IMG/VR virus record: IMGVR_UViG_3300032227_000612
Span: 1 to 42,412 of that record
Strand: one strand, 5' to 3'
DNA from: a virus
Taxonomy: Duplodnaviria; Caudoviricetes
Length of the DNA stretch: 42,412 nucleotides
Positions 27,773 to 37,900 of this stretch are shown in pieces (position 1 is the stretch's first letter; every line of letters starts with the position of its first letter). The position numbers and the translations under genes are program-made. The notes beneath the pieces are model-generated. The model saw nothing but the letters and a program-made list of their open reading frames with translations, was not told the DNA's origin and made no database searches.

Positions 27773-28540
27773 CTATAGTCCGCTCCCGGGAAAAAAGAAG
27801 TCTATGGTCATTGGTAAGTCTAAATCAATTTCACTACCATCTGACAATATAACTGTAGTATTCATTGATATGTCTGGCGTGACAGATGCTATATATTTAC
27901 GGAGTTCTATAGAATCCATAGAAAGTAAGTATCCTTGATCAATAAAGTCTCTAACTGTTTTAACTGAATAATCTCCATTAACAGCAACAATTTGGTGTTT
28001 GAGTCTTGTTGATATAGCTCCAGCTTCTAAACCTAAATTCTTTTTTACACCTTTAATTTCTTCATCAATCTTTTTATCGTCTGCTACAGTTAATACTTTA
28101 AATGTAACTGTATTTCCTGATTTAGGAAGTTTAAACTCAAATTCGTTTTTATTATTAAATAAAGACCAATCTAGTTCTTTATACTTAAGGTTTTGTAAAT
28201 CAATAGTTAGCTTTTCTTCTTCACCAGTATTAGGATTTTTATACATAAAAGAATAATCTTTTCCGTATGCTAATATTCTGGCCGCGATCAGTAAGCCATT
28301 TCTGTCACCCAAGGTTAGGTCTTCGTAATTAATTGGTACTTTTATTAGGCTCTTGAGCATTTTCTCAATGGCGAGGCCCTGGCGAAGCAGATTGACATTT
28401 GTGAGGATGTCTTCCTCTTTAGCTGTCATATACTTCATCTCAACTTGGCCAGATGATAGTGCATTTTCTTTTGGATAGATAAGACCTTTAGAAGGTAGAT
28501 CGATTAATTCTACTGGGACCGTAAACTTTTGTTCTGACAT
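27773..28540 (-). CDS. Tail/baseplate assembly chaperone (T4 gp26-like, gpG-like position)
   Basis: Start moved to ATG at 28540 (MSEQKFTVP); IDLPSKG..YP, YMTAKEEDIL, ARILAYG, ends DFFFP. Confidence 0.8.
   Translation of the reverse strand: MSEQKFTVPVELIDLPSKGLIYPKENALSSGQVEMKYMTAKEEDILTNVNLLRQGLAIEKMLKSLIKVPINYEDLTLGDRNGLLIAARILAYGKDYSFMYKNPNTGEEEKLTIDLQNLKYKELDWSLFNNKNEFEFKLPKSGNTVTFKVLTVADDKKIDEEIKGVKKNLGLEAGAISTRLKHQIVAVNGDYSVKTVRDFIDQGYLLSMDSIELRKYIASVTPDISMNTTVILSDGSEIDLDLPMTIDFFFPGSGL
27785..27800 (-). other. Candidate programmed ribosomal frameshift site (TTC TTT TTT CCC GGG)
   Basis: Homopolymer slippery run a few codons before the chaperone stop; downstream ORF is in the +1 (= -2) frame. 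Confidence 0.65.
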
Positions 28541-28559
28541 AAATTTATTTTTATTATTA

Positions 28560-29246
28560 TTATTTTGAAAACTTCCATATAAAGCCACCAGCAGATTGTC
28601 TAGTTCCTTTACAGACACTACCTATATGACTTATTTGTAACTCTAATTCTGCCATTGTTATACATGGCCACGATTTTATAAAAGTGCCAGATTTATCATA
28701 TTGGTCTACTGGTTTTGAATTAGGATTATTTTGTCTAAAATATTTTTGAGATCTTTCTATTTTTTTATCTTCTGTCCAATAGTTTTTTAAAACTGCTATT
28801 TCAGATTCTGATAATTTTTTTCCTTTTAGTGGGCTAACTCTACCATACATACCATTTAATGAACCAGGCCTAGATTTTTTTCTGTTTATTTCCTCTGAAT
28901 ATTTTTTTCCTGTATTAATTAACGATAAAATATACTTTGTAGATTCTGATAATTTTCCACCTTTACCTGGAGTTCTAACATTCATCATATTATGTCCAGT
29001 GTCTTGGTAAAAATTAAAGTAGATAATTTCGTATGAGTCTAATATATCCTGAGTTATATCTCCTGGTAGTTCATGTACTACTTCAAAAAAGTGATTTTCC
29101 CAACCATATTTTTTAAGAGATTCGTATAATTTACGTTGCCCTTTACATTTTACAGATTTATAAACACTTTTTCTACTAGATATATCCCAACTCTGTCCGA
29201 TATACACTTTATTACTAGGGCTATTTATTTTGTAGATGCCTACCAT
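28560..29246 (-). CDS. Free-standing GIY-YIG homing endonuclease (Seg-like) with NUMOD3- and NUMOD1-like DNA-binding motifs
   Basis: GIYKI...VYIGQS; K.SE.TK..LS and NGMYG repeats; C-terminal PVDQYD..G.FIK.W...SAGGFIWKF. Confidence 0.9.
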   Translation of the reverse strand: MVGIYKINSPSNKVYIGQSWDISSRKSVYKSVKCKGQRKLYESLKKYGWENHFFEVVHELPGDITQDILDSYEIIYFNFYQDTGHNMMNVRTPGKGGKLSESTKYILSLINTGKKYSEEINRKKSRPGSLNGMYGRVSPLKGKKLSESEIAVLKNYWTEDKKIERSQKYFRQNNPNSKPVDQYDKSGTFIKSWPCITMAELELQISHIGSVCKGTRQSAGGFIWKFSK

Positions 29247-29297
29247 TTATATCTATTCTTTTATATATAAATATAACAATAATTAATTTTATAAAAT

Positions 29298-29322
29298 AAA
29301 AAAAGCCTCTAGTGATAGAGGC
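29298..29322 (-). terminator. Intrinsic terminator after tail tube gene
   Basis: Minus strand GCCTCTA-TCAC-TAGAGGC followed by T7. Confidence 0.85.
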
Positions 29323-29346
29323 CTTTCTTTTAAGTATATTATTAGA

Positions 29347-29832
29347 TCAGTAATTTAATACACAGTAATCCATTCCTATTGAAATAGTTAATTCAGTTGG
29401 ATCAGATGTAGACCAGTCATAGTTTCCAAAAGTAGCTTCTTTAATAAAAGCACCTTTAACAATCCACTCACTTACAATATCACCTACTGGACCTAAGATA
29501 GACAAGTTAAGATCTTTCTTATAGAAGTCAGAATAACCATCACGGCCAGTTACTGATTCATGGTGAAGACGTACCCACTCCATTACAGCTTGTTGGCCTG
29601 AAGGAGATACCGGGTTATAAAGTGCTAAAGTCATATCTCTCCATTCAGCTTTACCTTTAATCTTACGGTAAACGTTGATATGATCGAGCTTGATCTCATT
29701 TAAAGTTACACCTGGTGCGTCTGCCTTCTTAATCATGTAAGAAGGAATACCATCAATGTACATCACAAATCTGTTCGATACTGTAGGTTCAAACGCTGTG
29801 AACATTATTTCATTAGGATCCAATACTGGCAT
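29347..29832 (-). CDS. Tail tube protein (T4 gp19-like)
   Basis: 161 aa; NRF.M.I, GKAEW.D.TL, WV, LGP.G..VSEW...GAF, YDW; downstream of sheath. Confidence 0.88.
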   Translation of the reverse strand: MPVLDPNEIMFTAFEPTVSNRFVMYIDGIPSYMIKKADAPGVTLNEIKLDHINVYRKIKGKAEWRDMTLALYNPVSPSGQQAVMEWVRLHHESVTGRDGYSDFYKKDLNLSILGPVGDIVSEWIVKGAFIKEATFGNYDWSTSDPTELTISIGMDYCVLNY

Positions 29833-29876
29833 TGTATGTTAAGTTTTATTCTACTTATAAATATTCGACAACGAAT

Positions 29877-30383
29877 TTATTTATTTTCTTCTTTCTTTTC
29901 TTCTTTCTTTTCTTCAAGGCCACCACCCATTTTCTTGTCTATTGCACTAGAAGCGTCACCACCAACTTCTTTATAGGCTTGTATAAACCCTTTCATACCT
30001 TTAAGATTATTGTCTTTCATGTACTTTACTATGCCTTTAACAAGAGAAGCAGTTATACCTAGTGCAGCAGCTGCGGCTGGGATCCACGCGTATTCAACAC
30101 CGGCTCCTGCTTCATCTACTTTTTCCATTTCATGAATCTTCTTATCAAGTTTAGCTTTTGCTGCTTTCAATTCGTCTAAAGATCTATGTTTTTTATCGTG
30201 ATTCATTTCTTCTATTTTTTTCATCCCATATTTTGGGGTTTTCATTTTCTTTTCTTTAACTACTTCCATACCAGAACCATAATTATGACTACCTTTTTTG
30301 GCTTCAGTCAATGTTAGTTGCTCTTTTACACTCTCGTATAAGTGAGCAGGTACTTTAATTCTTAAAATTGTATTATCGTTCAT
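29877..30383 (-). CDS. Hypothetical Lys/Glu-rich protein with hydrophobic helix
   Basis: 168 aa between sheath and tube; VDE-AGAGVEYAWIPAAAAALGITASLV segment. Confidence 0.75.
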   Translation of the reverse strand: MNDNTILRIKVPAHLYESVKEQLTLTEAKKGSHNYGSGMEVVKEKKMKTPKYGMKKIEEMNHDKKHRSLDELKAAKAKLDKKIHEMEKVDEAGAGVEYAWIPAAAAALGITASLVKGIVKYMKDNNLKGMKGFIQAYKEVGGDASSAIDKKMGGGLEEKKEEKKEENK

Positions 30384-30400
30384 TTTAAGTTTTTTTTATT

Positions 30401-32179
30401 TTATTGACCGAATGTTGTGCCAGTTGGAAGAATGTTGAAGTCAAGTTGAATGAATTCCGCAGTCTTTGTAGGCTGTAAGTATATTGTACCAACTAATTGG
30501 TTACGATCTACTACATCTGGTGTATTATTAGTCTCATCCATTATTACTTGGAATGCATAAAGACCTTGTCTTTGTTGTACTGATTCTAAGTATGGATTAA
30601 CTTGATTTAAGAATTTGTTACGAGTTACCTGAGTATTTGGTTCGAATACAATTGTTTCACCAATTTGACCAATATAATCTTTAAGCGCAATCAACAATCT
30701 TCTTACATTTACACGATCAAGTGCAGATGGTTTTTGTTGAAGAGTCTTTTGACCATATATTACTGTGCCAACTCCAGGGAATGTAGCAATTGGGTTAACT
30801 TTACCTTGATAAAGCAAATTTCTATCGTTAACAGTCAACTTTCTTTCTGGTTGAAGTACTGTAGAAAGAGCTCCTCTGTTAAGACCTGCTGGTGCAAACC
30901 ATTCTGCAGATACTTTATCATTGTATTCGTAAACTGCAGGTACTAATGTAGAAGCAGGAACAAAATTTACTTTACCAGTTTCACGACTTCTAACTTGTAC
31001 CCATGGCCAATAAGTTGCACCATACGAGTTATCATAAGAAACTGCTTGACCAATAACTGCATTTATTTGTTGACCATAAGATGTCATATCCACTACAGCT
31101 ATAGCATCTCCACGATCTTGAACAAGATTTAAAATATTATTTATTGAACTTGCAGCATTTTGACTATTTAAACCTGGTGCATATACTACATTTACATTAT
31201 ATGAATCTTGATTTTGAAGAAGATTAATTGCTATTTCATAATCTGAAGGAAATATTCCTTGAATATTAGTATTCACACTAGATGTACTAGAAGTAGTTGC
31301 AGGTATTGCTTCAAACATATTTAACGCAGCTCTACCAAGTGACCCGAACATAGCACCACTAGCACCTGTAAAAGAACCAAATGCTATACCAGAACCAGAG
31401 TTTGGTAATGATCCCGTATATTGAGTTTGTGGTATACCAAGTTGGTTAAAATATCCAGGAGTAGGAAGATTAACAGATTTAACTCTTACATACTTGCTCT
31501 TATTTTGATAAGATCCAGTAGTTTGTAAATAATAATTTCCAGTTGAATCTGTGCGAATAGTTTCAGCTTGATCTCCAATTATGTAAGCAATATAATTATT
31601 TTGATTTGGATCTAATGAAAGATTATTCCAAGTTTCAAGAATAGTTTTGCTATTATTATAATCGTCTCCACGACGAATAACTAAATTAAATATACCTGAA
31701 CCTGAGTCAGTACTGGTTATTTCCCAACGAACATTAGCAGAAGAACCAGAAGGTAATGAGCCATTACTGCCTGAAGCAGATGCACCAATACTACCACTTG
31801 CAAAGTTATTCATTATATCTCCAACTGAAAGTGTCTCTAGTACGAAAGATGTTGCTCCAGTAGAAGTAGTTACAGATGCAGTTGCTGGTGTATAAGAACC
31901 GGAAGCTACTCTAGTAACAAGAAGAGAATCTCCACCTTGCTCAAAGTAGTTAAGTGCTGCAATAGAAGTTAAATATTCAAGATTAACTCCACCAGAAACA
32001 AATGTAGCTCCGAAGATTGCTTTGTATTCTGAATATGAAGTTACTAATGTTGGAATATTTACAGGTCCAATTACTGTAGGTCCTAAAAGAGCTGCGCCAG
32101 CAGCAATAGGTCCTTGTGTTATTTGGGATAGATCGTTTTCATTTAAGAAAACTCCTGGGCTAATAAGTGTTTCGGCCAT
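30401..32179 (-). CDS. Contractile tail sheath protein (T4 gp18-like)
   Basis: SPGVF..E.DLS, GPT..GP, YWPWV, WFAPAG.NRG, GQKTLQ...SALDRVNVRRLL, FEPN, PTKTAEFI.LDF. Confidence 0.96.
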   Translation of the reverse strand: MAETLISPGVFLNENDLSQITQGPIAAGAALLGPTVIGPVNIPTLVTSYSEYKAIFGATFVSGGVNLEYLTSIAALNYFEQGGDSLLVTRVASGSYTPATASVTTSTGATSFVLETLSVGDIMNNFASGSIGASASGSNGSLPSGSSANVRWEITSTDSGSGIFNLVIRRGDDYNNSKTILETWNNLSLDPNQNNYIAYIIGDQAETIRTDSTGNYYLQTTGSYQNKSKYVRVKSVNLPTPGYFNQLGIPQTQYTGSLPNSGSGIAFGSFTGASGAMFGSLGRAALNMFEAIPATTSSTSSVNTNIQGIFPSDYEIAINLLQNQDSYNVNVVYAPGLNSQNAASSINNILNLVQDRGDAIAVVDMTSYGQQINAVIGQAVSYDNSYGATYWPWVQVRSRETGKVNFVPASTLVPAVYEYNDKVSAEWFAPAGLNRGALSTVLQPERKLTVNDRNLLYQGKVNPIATFPGVGTVIYGQKTLQQKPSALDRVNVRRLLIALKDYIGQIGETIVFEPNTQVTRNKFLNQVNPYLESVQQRQGLYAFQVIMDETNNTPDVVDRNQLVGTIYLQPTKTAEFIQLDFNILPTGTTFGQ

Positions 32180-32229
32180 TTATATTATTTTTATCTAGTA
32201 ATAAATATCTATCCTTTATTCAAAACACT

Positions 32230-32466
32230 TTATTGAAATTCTCCTGTTTCAATATTTATATTGATATTACCGTATTTATCTTTTAGTTCTTCAAAAAGTA
32301 AACCTTCAGACTTTTTTAAATCTTTGATTTTTTGTTTTTGATCTTCCATCAATAACTCTAAAACTGTTTTTTGATATTGTAGTTCTCCTAATGCAGATGC
32401 AATTTCTAAAGAATCTTTTCTAACTTGATGTAATCTTTCTAATTCGTTTTCTGTAAGCTTTGACAT
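32230..32466 (-). CDS. Small coiled-coil protein
   Basis: LGELQYQK...LKDKYG..NINIETGEF; ATATTTAT upstream. Confidence 0.8.
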   Translation of the reverse strand: MSKLTENELERLHQVRKDSLEIASALGELQYQKTVLELLMEDQKQKIKDLKKSEGLLFEELKDKYGNININIETGEFQ

Positions 32467-32511
32467 AACGTTCTTTTTTTTATAATAAATATGTAAACTG
32501 TGATGAAAAAT

Positions 32512-32540
32512 AAAAAGACCCTCTAATTACAGAGAGTCTA
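32512..32540 (-). terminator. Intrinsic terminator (possibly bidirectional)
   Basis: Minus strand AGACTCTCT-GTAATT-AGAGGGTCT then T-run; T-run also on the plus side. Confidence 0.7.
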
Positions 32541-32568
32541 TTTTTTTATATTAAAAAACAAAGTCAAT

Positions 32569-32838
32569 TTATTTAGTTGCTTTCTTTTTAGGAGCTGCTT
32601 TTTTCTTTATTACTTTTTTTACTTCTTTAAGCTCTTCTACTTTTTGCACACTAGCAATTGGTTCAACTTTAACAGGAACTTCTTCTACTGGTGCTGGAAT
32701 AGGAACTACAGGATCTAATGTTGGATTTAAAGGGGCTGGTGTTTCTTTACTTACTTCTTCTACTTTGCTTTTTCTTGAAGTAACAACAAAATATGCAGCA
32801 ATGAATGCAACTGCAAGAACTAGAATAATCTGTAACAT
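32569..32838 (-). CDS. Small membrane-anchored protein with Pro-rich linker and Lys-rich tail
   Basis: N-terminal TM MLQIILVLAVAFIAAYFVV; C-terminal KKKAAPKKKATK. Confidence 0.8.
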   Translation of the reverse strand: MLQIILVLAVAFIAAYFVVTSRKSKVEEVSKETPAPLNPTLDPVVPIPAPVEEVPVKVEPIASVQKVEELKEVKKVIKKKAAPKKKATK

Positions 32839-32888
32839 AAAATAGTTATTTATTTATAAATATACGAAAATAAGAGAAAAATAAATTT

Positions 32889-33068
32889 TTATCTAATTTC
32901 TATTACTCTATATTGACGGCCTGTAGAATCTGCTATAGAAAGTTCATCTGCTTTTAATTGAGCTTCTGGCTCATTATTATATTCATAAATTGAATCATCT
33001 GGATTTAATCTAGCTACCCAAATTTGATTACTTCCTGGTATAAACTGCATTTGTACTTGATAAATCAT
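32889..33068 (-). CDS. Hypothetical protein (59 aa), below ORF-track cutoff
   Basis: Manual translation: MIYQVQMQFIPGSNQIWVARLNPDDSIYEYNNEPEAQLKADELSIADSTGRQYRVIEIR*; fills the gap exactly. Confidence 0.75.
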   Translation of the reverse strand: MIYQVQMQFIPGSNQIWVARLNPDDSIYEYNNEPEAQLKADELSIADSTGRQYRVIEIR

Positions 33069-33081
33069 AAATTATTTTGTA

Positions 33082-33432
33082 TTATGGAATTGGATTAGAT
33101 CCTGTTGGTAACCAAGGTGCTCGTTCAATTAATACAGGAGGATTAATTTTATTTTCAATTTGTTGAGCTACATTAGCTTCATATGATGCCATTTGTTCTA
33201 TACCCATTGATGCAGTCATCCAATTATAAACTATATCGTAAGTAAGTTCATTAAAAGGAGTAAATGTAGATCCTGTTTCATAAGTAACTGGTTGAGTTCC
33301 TATAACTGATCCTTGATAAGATCCTGTAGATCCATAAAGCTGCCAATGAATTAAAAATACTACATTATCTTCACCAGATGCTGTTGGATATGCTTCTAAA
33401 GGATTGAAATTCCAAGTGTAATTAATTGCCAT
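33082..33432 (-). CDS. Tail-fibre-associated small protein (assembly chaperone-like)
   Basis: YTW...VV..IHW...FTPFNELT...V..W...PW pattern common after phage fibre genes. Confidence 0.6.
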   Translation of the reverse strand: MAINYTWNFNPLEAYPTASGEDNVVFLIHWQLYGSTGSYQGSVIGTQPVTYETGSTFTPFNELTYDIVYNWMTASMGIEQMASYEANVAQQIENKINPPVLIERAPWLPTGSNPIP

Positions 33433-33456
33433 TTTTTATTTATTATAAATATCTTA

Positions 33457-34899
33457 TTAAAATGAGTTGAAAAAATTAAAAAATTCTGAGTTTCTATTTT
33501 TATACCAAATTCTAACTAATCCTTTTGCTCCTGCCCCTCCATCTACAGTACTACTACCACCAATACCACTCATTCCACCTCCGCCGCCGCCGCCATAAAT
33601 AGTTCCTGCTAAACCATCTGCTGTTGCGGCTCTACCTGCTCCACCTGCTCCTCCATTTTCTTCACCACCAGTTCCTGCTGTTTGTCCAGTTGCATTTCCT
33701 CCAGGAGATAAACTACCACCGCCACCTCCACCGCCTCCAGAAAATCCTACTCCAGGATTTCTTGCTCCTGTTCCACCAGATCCTCCTCCTATAATAGCAT
33801 CTCCTACGCATCCAGTCACAGATGATGCACCGCCTGTTCCTACATTACCATTAGGTCCACCTATGCCACCTGCTCCTCCGGTTGCAATAACAAATGGACT
33901 AACAAATGTGCTATTTAATTTTACTTGAGCTGTTCCTCCTTGAGTTTCTTTTATAGCATTAGTAGACGGGGCAGTTATATATAGAGTATCTCCACTAGTT
34001 ACAGCTTGGGCTTTTCTAGCATAGTTTCCACCAGCACCACCACCACCATATCCTCTTTGAAGAGCAGCTCCACTTGCACCACCACCACCACCTCCTGCTC
34101 CCCAACATTCTACTAATACTTCTGTAACTCCATCAGGAATAGGAAACGCAAAATCTGTGCAATCAACAAATGTAGCACTAGAAACATTGTCATCATAGTA
34201 TATAGTTACTTGTCCTCTTGCGCCAGCACCTCCTACATAATCAGCTGCTTCAAAAAACTTTACTGCGCCGCCACCGCCACCGCCACCTGGAATTGATCCA
34301 GGATTTCCTACTTGACTGGTACTACCTCCAGAACCACCAGCACCTCCATTTGGAGTTCCACCTGTACCAGCACTTTGACCAGATGCATTTCCTCCTACTG
34401 AATCTATTCCAGCGCTACCGCCACCACCTCCACCTCTTGCTCTTAAATAAAGTTCAGGAACTACTAAAAATGTTGTTGCACTTACTCCATTACCTCCAGC
34501 TCTTAACAAAGATCCGCTAGAACCTATAGTCCAACCACCGCCGCCGCCTCCTAAAGATTCTGTAAAAGTAACTGCAAAAGCGTCATCTCCAGGTGGGCCT
34601 CCTCCTCCAATTACTCTATAAGTATTAGAATAAGAAATATAAGAATCATTTCCAACAGTTCCTGAATTTGTTTGTTGTGCACCAACTACAACTGTAACTT
34701 TAGTAAATGGAGTAACGGTAACAACACCTCTAGCAAAAGTACCGCCGGCTCCACCACCACCACCAGCTGATAAATTGTTTGTATCGGAACTAAATGCACC
34801 ACCTCCAGCACCACCACCTCCTATGCAATCTGCTGTAATAGAATCTACGTATGGTGGTACATAGAAAATTGCGTTTGAAGTATATAAAATAGCTGCCAT
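33457..34899 (-). CDS. Glycine-rich adhesin-like protein with two tandem domains
   Basis: Two units, each F.(V/I)P..V.....C.G.GG.GG...PolyG...GGAGA.G.V.I.Y; directly downstream of the giant fibre. Confidence 0.75.
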   Translation of the reverse strand: MAAILYTSNAIFYVPPYVDSITADCIGGGGAGGGAFSSDTNNLSAGGGGGAGGTFARGVVTVTPFTKVTVVVGAQQTNSGTVGNDSYISYSNTYRVIGGGGPPGDDAFAVTFTESLGGGGGGWTIGSSGSLLRAGGNGVSATTFLVVPELYLRARGGGGGGSAGIDSVGGNASGQSAGTGGTPNGGAGGSGGSTSQVGNPGSIPGGGGGGGAVKFFEAADYVGGAGARGQVTIYYDDNVSSATFVDCTDFAFPIPDGVTEVLVECWGAGGGGGGASGAALQRGYGGGGAGGNYARKAQAVTSGDTLYITAPSTNAIKETQGGTAQVKLNSTFVSPFVIATGGAGGIGGPNGNVGTGGASSVTGCVGDAIIGGGSGGTGARNPGVGFSGGGGGGGGSLSPGGNATGQTAGTGGEENGGAGGAGRAATADGLAGTIYGGGGGGGMSGIGGSSTVDGGAGAKGLVRIWYKNRNSEFFNFFNSF

Positions 34900-34918
34900 A
34901 ACTTTTATATTTTACTAA

Positions 34919-37900
34919 TTAGAAATTATTTATTTTTGCTATTAAATCCCAACGATTTGCATCAGAATTATATATAAATCCTAAATATATTGTTTTTCCT
35001 GCTAAAGTAATACTAGGTAAAGGTAAGTCTGTAGAAGCTCTATAAAGATTTCCAAACGATAAAGATTGAGGAGTTCCGTTATCTTTTATTCTTAAAATAA
35101 ATCTTTGCCCATTTACTATAGTTCCAGTAGGATTGTTTATAGTTAAAGATTGTGCTTGAGCTGTTACTACAAACACATCTTCTGTATCTATTGTAGGGGT
35201 TACTGATGTAGTAGAAGTTGTACTACTAGTTCTTGGTATATACTTTCCTCTTATTCCTGAGCCGTTTATTGTACCTACTACATCTAATTTATATCCAGGG
35301 TTTGTAGTACCTATGCCTACATTACCTGCAGTTACTCTTACTATCTCAGCATTATCAGAATATATTGTAGTGTAATATCCCCCTGTTCTAAATCCTCCAA
35401 TTCTAAATTCACCAGTGTTAGGGTTTCCTATAACACCCATGTAGTCGGTATTATTATACCTAATTATTAGTCCGTTTGAAGTATTCGCAGTACCATTTGT
35501 GGTATATATATAATTAGTTCCAGAAGCTTTATAAACTTCTAATGCAGAAACTGGTGCTGTTGTACCTATACCTACATTTGGACCATCTAAAGACATTACA
35601 TGCTGAGTACCTATTGTACCAGCAACGTCTGTACCTTGCTTCCAAGTATAAAAATCAATAGCATTTCCAGAAATAGCTCCGGAATTATGTCTTGTTTTTA
35701 TAGCATGTCTATATTGAGCTGTATCATTATACCCTAATGTGATTTGATTACTGCTAAAATTAGCTGCACTGTTACCAGATCTTAGTTGTAAAGATATCTG
35801 ACCTGCTGTATCTTGAACTCCTTTAATGTCTAAATTTGCTGAAGGAGACGTTGTTCCTATACCTACATTACCTGATAAATTTATAACCATTGCAGTATTC
35901 CAACTAAATGTACCAGCACCTGCAGCAGCATATTTAAAAGCCATATAGTTTCCACCACCCAATCCTATTCCCCAAGCTGTATCATTTCCTATTTTAGTAT
36001 ATACTCCGCCTGTAGTTGTAAAATTATATCCAAAATCTGGATATCCACTGCTTATTGTTCCTACTGATGTTCTTCCAGGTAGTAAAGCATAACTTCCATT
36101 AAATCCTTCACTGTAAGCATCAAATACTAAAGAATTAGTAGTTCCTACTATTTGAAGTTTTGCTGATGGGATTGTAGTGGTGCCTATACCTACATTACCT
36201 GAGGAATTAATATATAGTCTAGAGGTAGTAGATCCAACTCCAGTTTGTATATCAATATTTTGTGCGTTTACAATTAAAGGTTTGTATTCAGAACCCCAAT
36301 CAACAGACCTCAAATATCCTGTTCCACTCTCCATTGATATTATAGTAGCTGCACCTTGCGTGTTATTAAAAGTAGAAGCTCCAATTGCTGCTACAGCTCC
36401 TGCTACTTCTAATTTATCATATGGTACTGTAGTTCCTATACCTACACTGTCTCCAGTAACAGTTATAGTTTCACTATTATTAGAATATAAGTGTAATTTA
36501 CTTCCAACTCCACTTTGATAGCCTATGAATAAATCTTTATCGCCAGCATTTAAAGAGTTTCTAATGACTCTTAAATTAGCGTATTGATCTGTTGTAGATA
36601 AGTCAAGACCTTCTTGTCCTGCTGATCCATTTATTACTAGCTTAGCACTTGTAGGAGATGCTGTACCTATGCCTACTTTTCCGCTTCCTGCGTCATAAAC
36701 AAAACCATTGCTACCTGTTACATTAGATGTGCTTGTCCAATAAGCAACTTGTGTACTTGCACCAGTACCTGTTACTGTGCCAGTTGAACCTCCAGTAGCT
36801 GTTAATGTACCACCACTTAAAGATAAACCAGATCCTACTGTTATTGAAGACAATAATCCAGAAGAGTTTGTTCCTACTATTCTATTTCCTGTTCCAGAAA
36901 GATCAGCTATAGTTACATTACCATTAGAAGCAATTCTAACTTTTTCTGTATTATTTGTAAATAATAATAATGGATGATTACTTGCGGCTCCAAATTGTAC
37001 TTGTGAACCATCACTAGAATTCCAAAATGAATTTACTCCTTGTGAAGTTTCTTTATTGTAAATAAGAGACGGACCTGAATTTGCAACAACTAGTTTTCCT
37101 TCTGTTGGTGTTGTAGTACCTATACCTACATTGCCAGTTCCATTAGTTAGTAGTACCGTATGACCATTTATAGATTCATTAGCTAATGTTAAAGTAGTGG
37201 TATTTGCACCACCAAACCCAAAATAAGCCTTTCTACCAGCTGACGTTATAGGATAAAATTCTACATAAGAATGGTCTGTACCGTATAGTTTTAGGGTTGA
37301 AGCATTTGCTCTAATAGCGGCGTCTCCATTAACATCTAATTTTGATCCAGCCACTATAGTACCTATACCTACATTACCACCACTTCCTTGTATTATAAGA
37401 TTTTTCCACCCCACACCAGAATGCAATGCACTTATATAACCAAAATCATTTGTATTATCATATCCTACACTTATTTTTTTAGCTGGTGTATCAGCAGACG
37501 TAGCCATTAAAGGTCCGTCTTCTGATGAGTATGTAGTATTTTTTACTGTTCTAATAGTTCCAATAACATCTAAAGGATTCGCTGGTGATGTAGTTCCTAT
37601 GCCTATAGTACCGTTTTGAAGGATAGTAAAATCAGGATCACCCAGTTGTAAAATTGGATTAGTTGTAGTAGCTGTAGGTTCGTAAATTCTAATTCTTTGT
37701 TCAAAATCAGCAGGTTCGTCTGCGCCCGATGCATTGGTGGCGGTACCAATAAATAAACTACCGGCGGTATGTACGAAAGACGTTTTTGCTGCATTTGAAG
37801 AATCAACTATATTCAATCCATCTAGATAAGAGCCGCCTTTACCTTTAACGTCTAATCTTCCTAAAGGAGTAATAGTACCAATACCTACATTTCCACTTGT

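Noticed and set aside
28541-28618. N-terminal extension of the 281-aa ORF
   Set aside because: It overlaps the endonuclease 3' end and runs through a low-complexity AAT spacer; ATG 28540 is more plausible.
28541-29346. Group I intron hosting the GIY-YIG gene
   Set aside because: Both flanking genes look intact, and the short AT-rich flanks leave no room for an intron core.
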